Origin: Amoebidium appalachense
Lineage: Eukaryota > Protista > Ichthyosporea
Direction of reading: 5' to 3'
DNA length: 64,000 nucleotides
Assembly: GCA_963693365.1 (NCBI GenBank)
Contig: CAVNZM010000011.1
Location: forward strand, 7,521,921 to 7,585,920
In this document: positions 59,534 to 64,000 of the stretch, piece by piece
How positions within the stretch are numbered: position 1 is the stretch's first letter
Layout of the letters: each line of letters begins with the position of its first letter
Notes under the pieces: generated by a model
The model's database searches: none
What the model saw: the letters and a program-made list of their open reading frames with translations, nothing else
Told to the model about the DNA's origin: nothing
Position numbers and translations under genes: made by a program

Positions 59534-59847
59534 CCTGAAAAGCAAGTGTGTACCAAAAGGGACCTGGACTTCTTTGTATACAATCGATATTAAATCGGTT
59601 GAAAACAGCAAAACAAGACTTGTACATATATAATAACCACAAGATACTAAACCATCCAGAACCAGAAAAAACAAGATGCCTACATGCTATGATCCATAAG
59701 ATGCTTGTTAACATAAATACAGAAACCGTAAGATGCTACCAGTATCAACCGTCATATATTAAAATACCCCAGCCAGCCCCTGTGGCCATACCCAGCCCCT
59801 GACACATACAACAAAATCAAAACACACCCCTCACCACTCCCAACCTC

Positions 59848-61379
59848 CTATTCATCTTCGCTTTCATCACTGTCCTCTTCAATAACATGTACATCTAAAA
59901 CTTGCTTTGCTCGTGTCCTGGCACTGCGGGCAGGGGCTGATTTCTGACTCGGTTTTGGTTTCCTTGCTCGACCACTTTCTTTCCCTTAAAGTTTCTTCCC
60001 CTCGACCTTCTTCTCGCCCATACTGATCATGTCATCCAATTACTGATCTAGTGCCGTCTCAAATTCCGTCTCTTCCTGGCACTGCCGTTTGTACGCATCG
60101 AAAGCAATATCTGACACTCCTCTCTTTACACCCTGGGACAATGCAGGGGGGTTCGACATCATGGAGGGAAGAGAGGCACCAAAAGATGTTTTTTTTTGCA
60201 GAGTGCGGGATTGGGAAAAAGTGGGGTGCAGTGTAGGAGTGTTGGTAACGGCGGCGAGGGACGGATTGAAGAGGTGTACGGGCATGACAGAGGAGAAACC
60301 GTGTTGGGTGATACCGGGCGGGGGGAGGGCAAGAGAGGGCAGGGGGAGGTTGAGGGGGGTTTTGGGTTGAGTGGTACCGGGCGGGAGGAGGGCGGGGAGG
60401 GGATTTTGATTGGTCGTACCAGGGGGGGGGAGGGGGAGGGCGAGACCGTGTTGGATGGTACTGGAGGTGGTAATGTCGGGGAGGGGCTGGGGGTCATCTT
60501 TCCACCCACGAAGTTTCTGCGTGCTCTCGTCGATTGTTCTACGGTATGATTCCCTCATGGTAGCAATATGTGACTGAAGCCTGGCAATATCGGCCAGGCA
60601 TGTTTCCCTTTCAGTCTGATGTTCCAGGATCTCGGCCACCTTTTCAACAAGCTGCCGTTCGAGGTCCCGATTCTTTTCCGATAACGCCTGACCGCGGCCG
60701 GAAATGTAAAGACCGAACGTTTCGTTCCGTACATTTGTGCCACACGGTGGGTGGTACTTTCCGTCCTCAAATTATCTGATTTGTGCTCTTGAGGTCGAAT
60801 GCCAACGTGGCAGCAGCTGTAAAAGCCCATAAACAGACAGGAGATCAACAAGTTCATGGCCAGCACACAGTCTATGGCTCCTAGTTTGCGCTGGAACAGT
60901 GATAGTGTATGTGAAAGAAGGAGGTGCCTCAGGTGCATCGGGCACACAGCCATATGCTCGTATGCATTGAGCTCGGCCATGGCGAAAAAAAATTGCTGCA
61001 GTTGTACGGGCCCTTTTCTAAAAAGAAGCGGCGGGTATGATGAGGAACTGTCAAACGGAAAGGCGAAAATAGTTGTTGGATAACGAACCGTGGTGCAAAA
61101 TAGAAGATAAGAGCAAATGGGTAATGACAATTGTCGAATCAAGCTACGTTTAAAGCATATCTGATAAACGAAAACCATATATGGTTTTAATGAGCTCTCA
61201 TTAGCGAATGGCCTATCGATCTGAGACATCTTGTTTTGACGGCCGTGGGATGATAGGAGCCCAGCCATGCCCCTCACTTCTGGAACTCCAAAAAAAAAAC
61301 AAAAAAAAAACAAAAAAAAACACACACCCACACATACTTTCTCAGCTAGCGGTACCCACTATGCCACGGTGCTGACAAA

Positions 61380-61437
<58 letters not shown>

Positions 61438-61537
61438 AGTCCCCTTCTCGACAGTTTGTCGCATGCTCTATGGTTGCACAAGCACACACTCGCACACACA
61501 CACCGGTCGGCGCACACGCACGCACACAAGCACAAAC

Positions 61538-61625
<88 letters not shown>

Positions 61626-62462
61626 GCACACACGCGCGCGACGCGCGCGCACGCGCTCGCGCGACGCGCGCGCACGCACGCGCGCACGCAAACGCGCACG
61701 CAAACGCGCACGCAAACGCGCACGCACGCACGCACGCACGCGCATGCATGCACACGCGCACACATGCATGCACGAATACACACATAAACACACATAGGTG
61801 CACACACACGCGCGCGCGCGCGCGCGCACACGCGCGCACACACGCACACAACACACATGCACGCAAACACACCCACACACGTACACGCACAGACACACAC
61901 ACATTCATGAACACACACACACACACACACATACACACACAGGCCCTGGCCATGGAGGCCACCGTCACGGCTGCCCGTCAAGTGCATGAGTTTGTCCCGT
62001 GGCTTCAAAAGGTAAATGTGACAGTCTAGCTAGCTATCTGTTTCGGTTTTATCTAGATTGTTCTCTTTTCTCGTGGGATGTACCGGTGGACAGTGAGCAG
62101 AGATGACAAAAATAATTGTGATGATTCCTATTACGTATGCACACGGTTGCCAGTGCGTTTCTTTCTTTCTGCTTCGTATTTGGGTGGGGCAGTGAGGTTA
62201 CCGGTTGAGGATATTCGGGTTTTGGATTTTGGGGTTTGGGTTGCGGGGGGTGGGGCGGGAGGGGAGGGGGGGGGAAGGGGGGGAGGGTCTAGAGTCACGA
62301 GTATGTGCTGTGGCCACTAATATTATAGTATGTATGAACCAGAAATTTCGGCTGCAGTAGAAACAGCACTTTACATAACACTCCTTCCTTCCTCCTCTCT
62401 CTCTCTCTCTCTCTCTCCCTCCCTCCCTCCCTGCTCTCCCCCTCTCACTCGTCTCTCCCTCT

Positions 62463-62494
<32 letters not shown>

Positions 62495-63475
62495 TCTTTT
62501 TTTTTTTTTTTTTTTTTTGGGGGGGGGGGGGGGGGCTGTGTTACATTATTAGCCAAGGCACACCTTTACCGGCTTATATATTCTAGAAGAAATAAAGATG
62601 CCTACGTACTGATAATATGTACAACCACAGACGTTACGAGTACATACACAATCTTGGTGTTCTTTCGGCCTCTGCACAGCTAACCATGTTAAATCCCGAA
62701 CGTTTCTAGATTCGGTGGTCAGTGTTTTGTGGCACCGTCAATGTCCCTAAGTCCCATATAATTGAGATAATGGTTGTATATAGTTGCTGGATAAATTTTG
62801 ACATCAGCCCAGAACCATCGCTAGCCCCCCCCCCCCCTCCTCCCTCCTCTCCAAAAAAAAAAGGAAAAAAAGAAAAGAAAATAGAAGAAAAGGGAAAAAA
62901 TGAAAAATGAAAAATAAAAAACAAGAAAGAAGAAAGAAGAAAAATCAAAACAGAAGGAGGGGAGGATACAAGGCAGGAAACACAATCACTACTTACTCAC
63001 CAAACTACAAGTTATAAGCCCTCTGCATATATGCTTCGTGTGTACATTACACAAAAAGCCTCCAACAACATTTTCTTTGATGACAAACATCAACAAAAGC
63101 AACATTAAGAATTATCTTCATAGTAATCACTGAACAATAATAATAGTTGCATGAGTCTGAGAGAGAGATCATGAAGGGGTCTACCGTCATCATGATCAGA
63201 AACCTACAGACATCACAAGCAAACACAGGTCTGCAAGATTTGCAGAGCTCTGCGATTAAAAGAAAACACAAACCTTAACAGGTATAATCTTATTCACCAT
63301 CATGTGATATTTAACATAACATTGTCGGCCTACTATAACTTAATTTTTTTAATTTAAAAGGTGTTCACCTATTGGCAACGTGTGCTGGGCACAGGGGATT
63401 GCCAGCCGCCTTAGCCTCGTGCATTGCCCTGACCTGCTTCTCGTTCAGGTTGCCCATCGTGAACAGTGTCTCCTG
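59848..63475 (-). pseudogene. Decayed multi-exon gene of unknown function (coiled-coil + Pro-rich + basic/acidic C-terminal exon)
   Basis: Exon-like blocks ETLFTMGNLNEKQVRAMHEAKAAGNPLCPAHVANR, HELVDLLSVYGLLQLLPRW and a last exon ALSEKNRDLERQLVEKVAEILEHQ.. ending IEEDSDESEDE. About half the differences from copy A in one exon are synonymous. In-frame stops are present. No family recognised. Confidence 0.5.
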
Positions 63476-63773
63476 TGGATTTACCCGTGGATATATTAGC
63501 GTGAAAGTCATGTCTTGTCGAAATGGAGGTGGATATGCTAGCCCACAAGTCATTCCTTGTTATTATGCAGATAGATATGCAGGTGGACACATTAGCCCAC
63601 AAGTCATGTCTTGTCATCACACAGATAGATTCGCAGTTAGATATGTTAGCCCGAAAGTCGTTCCTTGAAAAAATGCAGATAGATATTCCAGGAGACGTAC
63701 GGATATGTTAGCCTGTAAGTAGCACGTTTATAATGCCGATACGTAAGTAGATGTGGAGAGGAGGCAGGGGGAA

Positions 63774-63807
<34 letters not shown>

Positions 63808-64000
63808 GGCAAGGGGTTGGGTGGGGGTAGGGGTGGGGATGGAAAGAGGAGAGACAAAAGCGAAGGAGAAAAGAACGGAGAGAGAGAGTGTGTGTGAGCG
63901 AGAAAGAGACCCAGAAAAGAGGGAGTGCCGGAGGGAGAGAGAGATAGAAGAAAGGAGTGGCGAGCGCAGAGGGAGAGGGGGGGGGGGGGGGGGGGGATAG
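60697..64000. repeat. Direct segmental duplication, copy B (runs off the window end)
   Basis: Matches 44995-48300. Confidence 0.92.

Overview
Eukaryotic nuclear DNA (GT-AG introns, TE-rich, very dense (CA)n/(GA)n/poly-G/C tracts); most ORFs in the track are simple-repeat artefacts. Host genes assembled by hand: an intact 12-exon BABAM2/BRE/BRCC45 homologue (- strand, 15281-4568, 364 aa); a 38-codon bacterial/organellar-type ribosomal protein bL36 gene head-to-head with it (16023-16139, below the ORF-track cutoff); and a cold-shock-domain + PP2C phosphatase fusion gene (- strand, 24663-19209, possibly damaged). The centre (28731-44994) is a TE nest whose junctions can be read from target-site duplications. 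An LTR element (LTR + gag) is split by a 14.3-kb full-length non-LTR retrotransposon (APE, RT, RNase H, CCHC; 11-13 bp TSD, poly(A), 5' TCAGT). That LINE carries a solo LTR of the same family as its host, an ACGT-flanked TIR element, a 3.4-kb coding 216-bp minisatellite between APE and RT, and an internal inversion with duplicated breakpoints. The right end holds a 3.3-kb direct duplication of a decayed unknown gene, a ~183-bp satellite and other arrays. All homology calls come from recognised motifs, not database searches. The organism cannot be identified from this window.
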